This document shows positions 1 to 11,693 of a stretch of DNA of 64,000 nucleotides, one piece after another. Both the position numbers and the translations under genes were made by a program. Origin of the DNA: Cenococcum geophilum. Its lineage: Eukaryota. Numbering within the stretch: position 1 is the stretch's first letter; the number at the start of each line of letters is the position of its first letter. The notes under the pieces are model-generated. The model was not told the origin of the DNA and ran no database searches. It was given only the letters and a program-made list of their open reading frames with translations. Location: assembly GCA_050273025.1 (NCBI GenBank), contig CP158635.1, positions 3,844,001 to 3,908,000 of the forward strand, in the 5' to 3' direction.

Positions 1-696
1 TTAAGCTTTTAGCCTTTTGCCTTTATTAAGTGCTAAAGTAGTTCGCTACTTTATTTCTTTTACGTCTTATAAAGCAATAGACATTATATCTAGTGGGGTC
101 TTAATCCCTACTAATATTCCCTATTCTATAGTGGAATTATCCTCTGCCTCTTATATAATATCTCTAAGGTCTATATACTTCTAATAAGCTGCCTTTATTA
201 CCTTATTATTATAAAATGTTTCGCCTACGTTAAATTTATTATCCTTAATATCCAATCTATAAACTAGTTTATTAGTTCCTTTATATTTTGCTAAATATAG
301 CTCCTATAGCTAATAGCTTGCGCTATACTTAGCGTCCTTATAAATTTAGTATACGTTATTATAACAGAACGCAAAACTTTTAATTAAATATTCTTTTATT
401 CCTCGTAGTATATTATCGTCCCTTTATACATATATATTATCTATTAGTCTTATTCCTTTTACTATATAGTAACTCTAACCACTTTTATAGTCTCTAACGT
501 AATAACCTTATTTTCCGTAATTTATATAAGCTCCCTTTTTAAACTATTTTTCTTATTATAGAGTCCGCCTAAACGTCTTCTACTGCTAAGATCCCTAATT
601 TAGCCTCTATTCCTTAGTCCTATAATTACTAGACCCTTAACCTCTAGGTTTTTATAGTTTTTTACTCTATCTTTTATAGGCTTCTTTAGTACTACT
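1..696 (-). mobile_element. Truncated Ty3/Gypsy copy (gag region), same family as G1; continues left of the window
   Basis: 1-696 is collinear with 6658-7353, including the gag zinc-knuckle relic, and stops at the LTR starting at 697. Confidence 0.9.
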
Positions 697-1120
697 TATA
701 ACGGAACCTTATAGTAGATACTACAATAGGCTTATTATTAGGCTAGGTATATAGGTAATGCAAATTAAAGTTAATAACGTAATAATAACTAGTGGAGTGG
801 TTGCCTAATAGATTAACTCTAATTATATTCTAAGAATTACTATAAGGAAGGAACTATCTAGGTAAGGACTAAGGGTCCTTAAATATATAACTATACTCCT
901 ATAAAATCCTTCTTATACGTAATATACGTATACTCTATTTACTCTATTATAGATCCTATAGATCCTATAGATTATATAAATTATATTATATAACCTCGGT
1001 TACTATTCCTTATTATATAGTTTTATTAGCTCTATCTTAGACTATATTTATATTAATTAACTAGCTTCTTCTAACTCTTTTTTAAGTAGTTATAATATTA
1101 TACTTAAAGCGTCCGTAACA
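697..1120 (-). repeat. 3' LTR of G1 (424 bp)
   Basis: Direct repeat of 8233-8655; adjacent to the PPT. Confidence 0.93.
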
Positions 1121-1228
1121 CTATCTCCCTCCTCTTAATTTTTATCCTTAAAGATTTCTAATATCTCTAAGTTATTTACTAAAGGTGTAATATCTATCTA
1201 ATTAATTTAGTTAATATTGTTGCTTATT

Positions 1229-1934
1229 ATACCTAAAGCAATTTCTTCTTCTTTAACTGCTCGTCGTATTCGCACTATTACTGCAATATTATCTCTTAGT
1301 GAGATTATACTATCTCCGTATTCTCGCTACTTAAAAAAGGGGTTAGTTTATATTGCGTTAGTAAACCCTTCTTTATAATAACTATCCTTTTACTTAAAGT
1401 ATACTAAAGTAAATATTTATTTATCCTATAACATTTGCTTTATTTCTAATACTAAATATACGCGACCTATTACTCTTAATAGTTATCTAGTTCCCTAATT
1501 AATTTATCTTAGGGTTTTATATTTAATCTACTGCTATATAGCTAGATAATAAACTATTTATTACTCTAGTAGAGTTATACTAATCCTAAGACGCTAAACG
1601 GGAGGCTACTAATGCTTAGTAATGGGCCCTTAAGTCTTATCTAGCGGTATTTACTTAGTTAATTTATCTTAAGAAGGTACGTAAGAAGATTTATTTTAAG
1701 GAGTAGAAACTTATAAAATAGGGTTTATAAGAACTTAGTAATAAAAAAACGGATTCTTCTCTAACTAAGAAGGAAATAGATCTAAGTAGTTTGGCAACTA
1801 CTTTTCTTAGGTCCCCCTTAGGTAACTTATTTTTTAGTAATCCTTTTTTATTAATGCTACCTAACCTAATTTCTTTTAATACTCCTATACCTTTTTTATA
1901 GTATTTTTTAAATTCTCTAGTAGCTCCTAGGTAG
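1229..1934 (+). pseudogene. Antisense spliced gene in G1: Cys6 zinc-cluster-like plus coiled-coil protein (RIP relic)
   Basis: De-RIPed reading MPKAISSS..PCSRCSKKGLVCIALADPSSRQPSSCSECTKANIRSSCDV. TAT/TAC codons at 1319, 1328, 1349, 1391, 1400 and 1427 give Cx2Cx6Cx13Cx2Cx8C. Intron about 1458-1512, then a helical segment ARLIRLEKVRKK..LVEQGLQEL. Confidence 0.72.
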
Positions 1935-4900
1935 TCTTAGCGTAGCCTATCCACTTAACTTTATACTATATTTTATTATTAATATCTTTATAACTAATAA
2001 TCCTTAAAACTTACTATTTGTCTTTTTTATACCCTCTATATATATCTACCTTATAGACTAGTGGTTTAATATTTCTATATACTAGTTTTAGCATTATAAT
2101 ATACTATATAGAGTAGATCTTTATTTTAGCTAGTAAGTTTAACTTAAATATAACTGGTAAAATCCTTTACTTAATCTTAAAAGGTCCTAGTTTAACGTAG
2201 TTTAACTTCTTACTTAATTATTAACTCTTAAAAATTTTATATAGTAGCCATACTTTATCTCCCTCTTTAAGATCTAGTTCCTTAGATCTCTTAGCATTAT
2301 AGTATCTTTTTATTTTTTATTATACTATCTTTACTAATTCCATAAGGTCTATATAAAGATTTATTAATATCTTTATTCTCTATTTAGCTATACTACTTAT
2401 CTTTTTTGCTTAATATAGCAATAATAATATCCTTAGCTTATATCTATAATTTACCTTAAATAGTAATATGCCTATTCCTTTTTAAGGTATTATATTATAT
2501 ATAAACTATATAACTAGTAATAATAATACCTAATTATTTTATATATAATTAATATAATGTTTTAGATACTGTTCTAGTATCTAATTTAGTCTCTTTATTT
2601 AACCGTCTATCTACAAATAATATACAGTAGAAGTTACTACTCTAACTCCTTATTCCGCTAAGAATACCTCCTAAAATACTACTATAAATCTTAGATCTCT
2701 ATCTAATATAATTTTACTTAATACTCTATATCTTATAAATACTTCTTTAATATAAATTCTAGTAATATCTTCTAGTAATATTTCTTCTATATATGCTATA
2801 AAGTATCCCTACTTTATAAGCTTATTTACTATTACTAAGATTTTATTATAATCTTATCTAGTAATAGGGTCTCTTAACTTTAATAACTTAATAATAAAGT
2901 CCTATAATATAACCTCCTATAGTCTCTCTAGTATTTTAATAGGTTATAGCCCTCTATATAGCTTATACCTTATTAGTTTATTTCTTTAATAATCTAGGTA
3001 CTCTTTTATAACTTTTTATACTAAGCCCTAAATTCCATTAATAATATACTCCTCTTAAAGTCTTAACACTAAGCCTATAGCTTTATTATATTCTTAAGTT
3101 ATTCCCTTATAGAAATCTTCTATAAAGTATTCTGCTATACTTTTTAGAATATATATTACTTCTTAACTTTTATATATATCTATTTATAGATCTTCTAATT
3201 ATACTTTTAGAATCCTTTATACCTAAAAGCTTTCTAGTAACTTATAAACTCTATCTAGTTCTTCTTAAGTTATTATAATTTTTGGATAATTATATCTAAT
3301 CAGTTTATCTATATCTTTTTATAGTAAAGCCCCTAATAGCTTCTTATTATTTTATAGTTTAGCCTTTTAACTTAGAGCATCTACTTATATATTATCTATA
3401 CCCTTAATATACTAAATCTTAAAATAGTATTCTATAAGTATCTCTGCCTATTTAACCTATCTTTAGTTAAGCTCCTTTATTATTAAGAATCCTATTAGGT
3501 TCTTATAATCTATCTTAACTATAAATAGTTTTTCTATACCTTATAAGAATGCTCTCTATTTCTTTAATACTATAACTATACCTAATAACTCCTTATTATA
3601 GATATTATAGTTTAACTCTAGTAGTGTTATCTTCTAACTATAGTATACCACTAGGTGCTATCTATCTTAATACCTTTATATAAAGTACGCCCCTAATATA
3701 TAGTCTAATATATCTATTTCTATAACTATTTCTAGTTCTAGTTAATAGATCTTAAGAATTGGCTCCTAGGTAAATAACTCTTTAACTTTTTTAAAGAGTT
3801 TCTTTTATTCCTCTCCCTATACCTATAGTTCTTCTTTCTTTATTAATTGTATAAATGGTTTAATATCCTTTAACTATTACGCTATAAACCTTTTATAGTA
3901 ATTGCAAAACCCTAGGAATAATCTTAACTATATAACGTTTTCTAGTTTTTACTAATTTACTATAGCCTTAATCTTCTTTAGATCTATACTAAGTTAGCCT
4001 AATTTAATAATAAATCTAATAAAATCGGTTTTCCTAGTAAAGAACTTGCATTTTTTTAATTGCTACTAGTATCTGTTCTTATAGTCTCTTTAAAACCCAT
4101 TTAATATATTCCCCGTATTCTTCCTTAGTTATTAAATAGATAATAATAATATTAAAATATACTATAATAAATTTATCTAAGTATTCTCCTAATATATTAT
4201 TAATACGCTTTTAAAACGTTACTAGTGCGTTTATAAGCCTAAATTATATAACTAATAGTTTATACAGTCCTTTCTTTAACCTAAAGGCTGCCTTTTATTT
4301 ATTACCTTCCTTAATTCTAATCTAATAGTATACCTATCTTAAATCTATCTTTATAAAGATTTACGCATTACCTATTTTATCTTAAATTTCGCTAATTAAG
4401 GGTAAAGGATACCTATCCTTTCTAGTAATGCTATTTAACTATCTATAATTAATATACAGCCTTAGTTTACTATTTTTCTTTAGTATAAATAGTACTGGAT
4501 AACCCGCTAATAACTGCGATAGTCTAATATATCCCTTTCATAGATTTTCTTAAATAAACTCTTTTAATACTCTACCTTCTTTTTTAGTAAGCTTATAGAT
4601 TAGAAAGAACCTTAGACTTATTCCTGGTTTTAATTCTATCTTATAGTCCTATACTATATACTCTAACAGCTTTTCACTCTTTAGTAACTATAGTTTTTTG
4701 CCATACTTATGGTATCTCTTTAGTATATAACTTAAGCCTCGCTTAGTCTCTTTATATATTACTCTAACTTAGTACTATACTATCTTAGCTTATTATCGCA
4801 TTTTATGGCGTTAAGTATTTTTAATATTAACTTAACCTATAACCTAATCGATCCTTAGATTATATTTTTATAACTAAGGCATTCCTAATACTGCCTTATT

Positions 4901-7900
4901 ATTCCCTAATGGTAATATATTAAAAGATATCTTAATTTATCTCCCTTTAATAGTTAACTAAATAGGTCCTGTTTTAAGATTAATAATGCCTCCTCTATAG
5001 GCTATTAGATCTCCTAAAATCGTTACTAATAGGTAAGGGTGCTCCTTTTTCCTATATAGTAAACCTATTCTTCTAACTACTATTAGCAAGATGTGGTTCC
5101 TTATTGCTCCACTATCTATTAATACCTTAAACTGTTAATCTTGCCACTTAACTCGTAAATTTAGGTATTATCCTTAAATTCCCTTAAGGGTCTAAGGCTC
5201 TACTACTGGTTTCCTCTAGTTCTATAGGCCTCCACTTTTCCTAACTATTAGCTGCTTAATTCTATGTATACTTAGTCTAACTTAGGCCAATACTTAGTTT
5301 GCTTTTTATCCTTAATATACTATAGACATATATTCTTTAGGTATTCCTACTACTATTATTTATTTAGGCATTCTTCCGTAAGGAATCTTTTTAGCTAAAG
5401 TATTAAGTCTCCTAACTCCTAAACTTCTACTAGATGCTAACTATATATATATTTAGCATTTCTATATCTCTATTTTTTTACTAACCAATATATTCTTATA
5501 GGATATTTTTAGTGCTTATCCTTAGGTGCTTTATATATGTTATATATATTATCTATATATATAATCTATGCTAATATATAATATGCTTAGTGTTTTAGGT
5601 TAACTCTTAGCTTATCTTTATCCTTAAGTTTAAACCTTTCTCGTGTTAATCTAAACATTACGACTTTATTTATAGGTACTAAGATGCGTCTCTTACTTCT
5701 CTAGTCCTCTAAACGCTCCTCTAGATCTTTTAATATTATAATTAAGGCTCCTTTAATATAATTTATGGCCTTCTCCGTAATTAGGTAGTCTTAGATAACT
5801 TTCTCGTCTAGCTATATATAGAAATCTTCCTATTTGTTATTATGCCTTTACCTATACTACTTTTAGTATAGCTACTAGAGTGTATACGGCTTGTTTATAA
5901 GGAAGTATCTTCTTATTACTATATTATAATAGCCCTTTATGTGTCGTTCCTTAAACCTAGTTAAGATCCCTAGATCCTCTTCTTGTTCCAGTTTAGTAAG
6001 CTACTTAGCTTTTAGTGTGCCTGCCCTAGGCCTATTGGTAATTCTTTATACTGGCGCTCTATCCCTTATACGTCCTAATATGCTAGATCTCTTGTCTAGT
6101 TTCTGTTCTTACTATAAGGTAATTCTTACTCTAAACTCCTCCATGGTTTCTTTCCTGTCGCGTCTTATAAGTAGATCCTTAAAGTCTACTTACTTCTTAA
6201 TCTCGGTATTGACTTTTTAATTTTTAGGCCGAACACTATATTCCCCTAGTAAGTCCTCTAGGTCTATATATCTATCTCCTAGTCTAGTTGCTATTTATGC
6301 CGCAGATTCTCTAATCTATAAAGAAGCTACTTACCTCTTGCTTATAGGTGTCCTTATTTATACTCCAAATTCTTAATCCCTTAAATTCTTTAATCCTAAG
6401 CTCGCTTCTAACTTAAGCTTTACTCCTACCTTAGTCTAACTAGGCTTAGGTATTCTTATCTCGTTTTAAGAGTCTTAAATCTTACTTATCTCGTCTTAAG
6501 AGTCTTATACCTATAGGAAACTCTATCCCGAGCTTATTCGTATATCTTTAAACTAAGCTACTACTCTACTCTATTGGTTTTCGTCCGTTATAGGTCCTTA
6601 AGCTTGCCTTATCTTATCTTAAGAATCTTAGTCGTCTCTTATCTCATCTTAAGAATCTTAAGCCTTTAGCCTTTTGCCTTTATTAAGTGCCAAAGTAGTT
6701 TACTATCCTACTTCTCTTACGTCTTACGAAGCGATAGATATTATATCTAGTGGGGTCTTAATCCCTACTAATGTTCCCTATTCTATAGTGGAATTATCCT
6801 CTACCTCTTATATAATATCTTGGAGGTCCGTATACTCCTAGTAAGCTGCTCTTATTGCCTTGTTGTTATAAAATATTTCGCCTTTATTAAATTTATTGTC
6901 CTTAATATCCGATCTATAAACTAGTTTATTGGTTCCTCTATACTCTATAGATTTTGGCTTCTATAGCTAATAGCTTATACTATACTTAGCGTCTTTATAA
7001 ATTTAGTATGCGTTATTATAACAAAACGCGAAACTTCTAATTAAATATTCCTTTGTTCCTTATAGTGCACTATTATCACTCTATATATATATATCTCCTA
7101 CTAGTTAGGTTCCCTTTATTATATAGTAACTCTAACTATCTTTATAATCCCTTATAAAATAACCCTATTTCCCGCAATTTATATAAGCTCTATTTTTAAA
7201 CTATTAACTTTGCTATAGAGTCCGCCTAAACATCTTCTACTACTAAGACCCCTAGTTTAGCCTCTGCTTCTTAGTCCTATAATTACTAGATCCTTAACCT
7301 CTAGGTTTCTATAGTTTCTTACTCTATTTCTTATAGGCTTCTTTAATACTACTTAGGTCTATTAGCTCTACGCCATACCACAGTTTCTAATTTAGCTTTA
7401 GTTGTTGCGTGCTCTACGCCTTATATAACTATAAAACTTTATCTTAACCTCTCTTAGCCTATTCCCTTTAGTAGATCTAATTGTTAATTTTAATTACTTA
7501 ATCTATTAAGTCCTATAGGGTTTCCGCATCTTCCATTAGGATAATTATATCTTAGACTTTAGCCTTAAGTCCTTACTTATACTATGCCATAAGCGCCTTA
7601 TTATTCCACTTAACTTATATTACTAACGTTTGGAACTGCGTCGTATACTTAATTACTAAGGTTCGTTATATAATGTCTTGGAGTTTTCTTTCCGCTATAG
7701 TTACCGCCTCTAGGTCTCCAAACATTTATATAAGTCGCTCTATAAATCCGTTCTAGCTTAAGAACATAAACCGTACCTCTTAGTTTATAGTTATTATTCT
7801 ATTTGCCTAGATTTTTATAAGGTAAGATTTAAACTATTTAAGTGCCCTTTCTATTAAGAACAATCCTGCATACGCTATTTAGTCTATAGGTATTACCAGC

Positions 7901-8163
7901 TTAACTCCCTCTTGCGCCACTTTAAAGTATATTTACGTAAGGAATCCTTTAAGCTTTAATCTTTCTCCTAAGTATCTCTTAATTAATAGTAACTTAACCT
8001 TTACTGCGCCTATTCTATTAATCCTATTTTCCAATATTATATTATTTTCTATTAATTAGTTAACTATCTCTTGTAACTATCTAACCGTTATAGGTTGCTA
8101 TAAGTTAGTATTTGCTATACTAGTGTTACCTAACCTTAAAGTAGTTGCCGCCGTCGATGGCAT
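1880..8163 (-). pseudogene. gag-pol of G1 with a long gag extension
   Basis: ATG at 8163. Zinc-knuckle relic C-I-N-C-G-K-Q-G-H about 7145-7190; protease LIDSGA about 5110-5130; RT YLDD-like about 4150; RNase H about 3400-3750; integrase about 2400-3100; chromodomain about 1900-2000. Many RIP stops. Confidence 0.88.
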
Positions 8164-8232
8164 TATGGTGGCTGCTTTTAGTAGTATGTTGTTTAACTTT
8201 CTATCCTTAGTACCGTAACTAGATAGTAATTA

Positions 8233-8655
8233 TATAACGGAACCTTGTAGCAAGTACTATAATAGGCTCGTTAATAGGCTAGGTGTGTAGGTAACGTAAG
8301 GTAAAGTTAATAAGAAATAATAACTAGTAGAGTAGTTGCCTAATATATTAACTCTAATTATATTCTAAGAATTACTATAAGGAAGGAACTATCTAGGTAG
8401 GGACTAAGGGTCCTTAAATACACAACCGTACTCCTATAAAATCCTCCTTGTACGTAATATACGTATACTCTATCTACTCTATTACGGATTATGTAGATCC
8501 TATAGATTATATAGATTACGTTATATAATCTTAGTTACTATTCCTTATTATATGGCTCTACCGGCTCCATTCTAGACCGTGCCTAAATTAACCAACTAGC
8601 TTCTTCCGACTCTTCCCTAAGTAGTTATAATATTGTACTTAAAGCGTCCGTAACA
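8233..8655 (-). repeat. 5' LTR of G1 (423 bp)
   Basis: Direct repeat of 697-1120. Confidence 0.93.
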
Positions 8656-11104
8656 TAAGAGGTTGAAATACCTACTTTCTATAGTATAATAGCTGCCGCG
8701 AATCCTAACGCTAAGAGCTATATTTAGAAGAACTATTAATTAATTCGCGTCTATATAATGGCCGACTATAAAGCCTACTAACTAGCCGTATATAATAAAC
8801 TTATAAACACCCGCTTAAAGCTTTACTTTTTATTTAATAGCTAGACTATATATAGTAGTAAGTACTTACTTACTAGCATCTATATTTTTTATCTTAATTA
8901 TAAGGGCAGAGTTATTAACTACTTAATCGCTCTACTAGAGCAACTCGGTCGCTATACTAGAATTAACTACGCTGTAGTAATTAGCGATGTTTTAGCTTAT
9001 TTTAAAGTTACTAAAGAAAGCCTAAGCGATTTTATTACTAATAATACTAAAAATAATAATACCTGCTTAGATTATCTAGCTACTGTCTTTAATTTTAGAA
9101 AGGACAATCGGTATATTTAATGCGCGGCTTATATACTTAATCTCGTTACTTAGTTAGTTATATTTAGAAAAGATAAAGACGCGTATAAAAACAATTAAGA
9201 GAACATACCGGTAAGTTAGTAAGTTAATATTATCTTCTTACTTACTTACTAACTTCTACTATATAGGACAAAAAATGTTTTCTTAAAGAATAGCGAAAAA
9301 GGCCCCCTTAGCGTCCTTATTAATATCCTTAATTCCATTAATATACCGCAGCTTTATTAACTATTTAAATCCTACTAAAAGGCTAAGTAAAAGGCCTTAC
9401 CGATCCCTAATTTTAAAATACTAGAAGTAGTAAAGCCAGTTAAGACTAGGTGGAATAGTTATTATAATACCTTTCTATAAGCCGTTGTCCTCCACGATCT
9501 AATTAACTTAATTATATAATATATAATTAATAAATATAAAAAGGAAGCAGCTCCTTTACACGCCAAATAAAAAAAGGTCCCTCTACTACCGCCTATTATA
9601 GTAGCCGGCGCCTTAAACGATTATAACTAGGGTATTATTAATAACTATATTAAGATCCTATTACCAATTTAAGACGCTATAAAGACACTTAAAGCTAAAG
9701 GCAGGTCAGGCCTATATAGAGCAATTTAGGAGGTTATTCCTACACTTAATTAGCTACTTAAGCTTTTTAAAGAAAAGAAGGATCGCGTAGTTAATATAAC
9801 TCTAGATAACTACCCAGATTAAGACGCAATTAAGAATTACTATATAATTAACCTTAATTATAGCTAGCTAAAGCTACAGATGTATTTTAAAAAGCTTAAT
9901 AATACACCCATCTACTATATAGCTGTTCTACTACATCCTTAATATAAGCTCTTCTGCTAAAATATATAGGCAGATCACCTAGAGTAGTTAATTAAAGGTA
10001 ACGCGTCCTTTAAGAAGCTTTAGCTTTAATATATAGAGCAACTAAGTCCTTCCGTAAATACTCTATTAGCTTATCTACCGTTAAGACATACGCACGCGTT
10101 ATTAGCTAGAGACAATTATATTTATACTAACACTAACTACGTAGCTTAAAGCTCTATTAACGCGTTAGATAAATACAAAGCTTAGAAAACTCTACCGCTA
10201 CTACTAGATAATTACCTACTAGCAAACAACCCTATACTTTATTAATGGTAGGAATAAATAACCCAGCTAAAGCTTATATAAATAGCTCTTAATATATTAA
10301 CTATACTAGCTATAAGCAATAACTATAAACGGGCATTTAGTAAAGCTAGTAATCTACTAAAGTTATATTACTTAAAGCTTCGCCCTAATATTGTGGGAGG
10401 GTACGACCTCTCTAAGATAGGAAAGTCACAGTGCCGTCTGTCTGTCTGTCGATCAGTCGGTCGGCTAGTCAGTCATAATTAGTTAGTAAGAAAGAAAAGA
10501 GTGTATTTCCGGTAACTAGTAGGGTCGTGCTATCTATTAGAGGGAAGAAGGAAGGAAGCCGAAGGCTGTATAAATATAGGAAAATGCCAAGATAGTAGGC
10601 GACGTCCAATCTACACCACCACAATATCACTACTGCCTTATAGTATAATCGCAGCTATTTAAGAATAGGCTTTAAAAAATCTAGTAGATAAGGTAGTAAG
10701 TTTACTATAATTAGTATAACTAGTAGCTAACCGTTAAAGTCACTAGTAGGATCTTCCTCCCTACTAAAGCCTTCCTACTACAGCCTTTCTCACCACTATG
10801 CCAAGCCTTATAATAAACACCCTTAGCTACACAAGCTTCCTTATTACGTTATCTCTATATAATCTTATATTACAATAACTACAAATTAGGGCTATAGAGG
10901 AGCTTTTTAGCCAAATTAGTGGCTTAGGCTTAATTTTATATATTACTCTAAAATTTCTATATAAAATTAAATAAGCCTTTAAGTAAGCTAAGTAAGCTAA
11001 CTGTTTAACCTATTAAGCCAAGTAAGCCAGCTTTAGGTGTGAAAAGTTTTAAGCTAATAAGCTAAGGCTTTCTAGCTTAGCTTGCTTACTTAATAGTAAG
11101 TCTA
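8656..11104 (+). mobile_element. hAT DNA transposon H1, left end missing
   Basis: Transposase relic: CAAYILNLV (CxxH) about 9121, intron about 9211-9266, VKTRWNS about 9440, hATC dimerisation domain about 10280-10690. AAGC-rich subterminal repeats end in ..AGTAAGTCTA at 11104, directly before ankyrin sequence. Confidence 0.85.
10392..10623. mobile_element. Solo LTR (232 bp) inserted in the H1 transposase
   Basis: TGTGG...CCACA termini, 4-bp TSD ATAT; the hATC reading resumes after it. Confidence 0.8.
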
Positions 11105-11131
11105 ATTATAGGCGGCAGAGAAAGGGCACAA
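11105..11131 (+). pseudogene. Ankyrin-repeat host gene fragment 1
   Basis: TTA TAG GCG GCA GAG AAA GGG CAC AA = L(W)AAEKGH; joins in frame to 25048 when element A is removed. Confidence 0.75.
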
Positions 11132-11423
11132 TATTGGCAAAATATAGTACCCTACTAATAGCCTTAATGGCTGGTAGTTAACGCAATTGGCGCGCAGTTG
11201 AGGGCATTTGGCAACTCGACCGACTAGCCTATATCGTGTTTTTTTAACCCGCAGCTTACGCGCAACTTACTAGCAATCTGCGCATTTGGTAACCATAGTT
11301 ATATTTACCTCTTTTATACTAATAGTATATTTTAAATAAATAAAAGCTACTTTAAAGCTATTTATAAGGCTAGCAAAATAAATAATAATATTTTAGATAA
11401 TTTAATATAGTATAGTAATGGTT

Positions 11424-11693
11424 CTCTTCTACCTATCTACCTATTGACTTATCTACCTACCTATCTACCTACCTGCCTGCATTGCCTACCTATCTGCATT
11501 ACCTACTGTCTACATCGCCTACCTGTTTATATCTGCCTACCCGTTAGCATCTACCTACCTATCTATATCTACTTACCTGTCTGTATCTATTTACCTATTT
11601 ATATCTGCTACCTGTTTATATCTGCCTACCCACTAACATCTACCTACCTATCTGCATCTGCTTGCCTGTCTGCATCTGCTTACCTATCTATAT
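11424..11693 (+). repeat. CTAC/CTAT/CTGC-type low-complexity tract of element A (continues 22969-23045)
   Basis: Degenerate tetranucleotide repeats; homologous tracts at 53305-53478 and 56060-56228. Confidence 0.85.

Larger units (their letters stand above)
697..8655 (-). mobile_element. Ty3/Gypsy (chromovirus-type) LTR retrotransposon G1, RIP-inactivated
   Basis: LTRs 697-1120 and 8233-8655 (TATAACGG..CCGTAACA). The PPT complement CTATCTCCCTCCTCTT follows 1120. Minus-strand order is gag, PR, RT, RH, IN, chromodomain. Flanks CTACT and TAAGA do not form a TSD. Confidence 0.93.
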
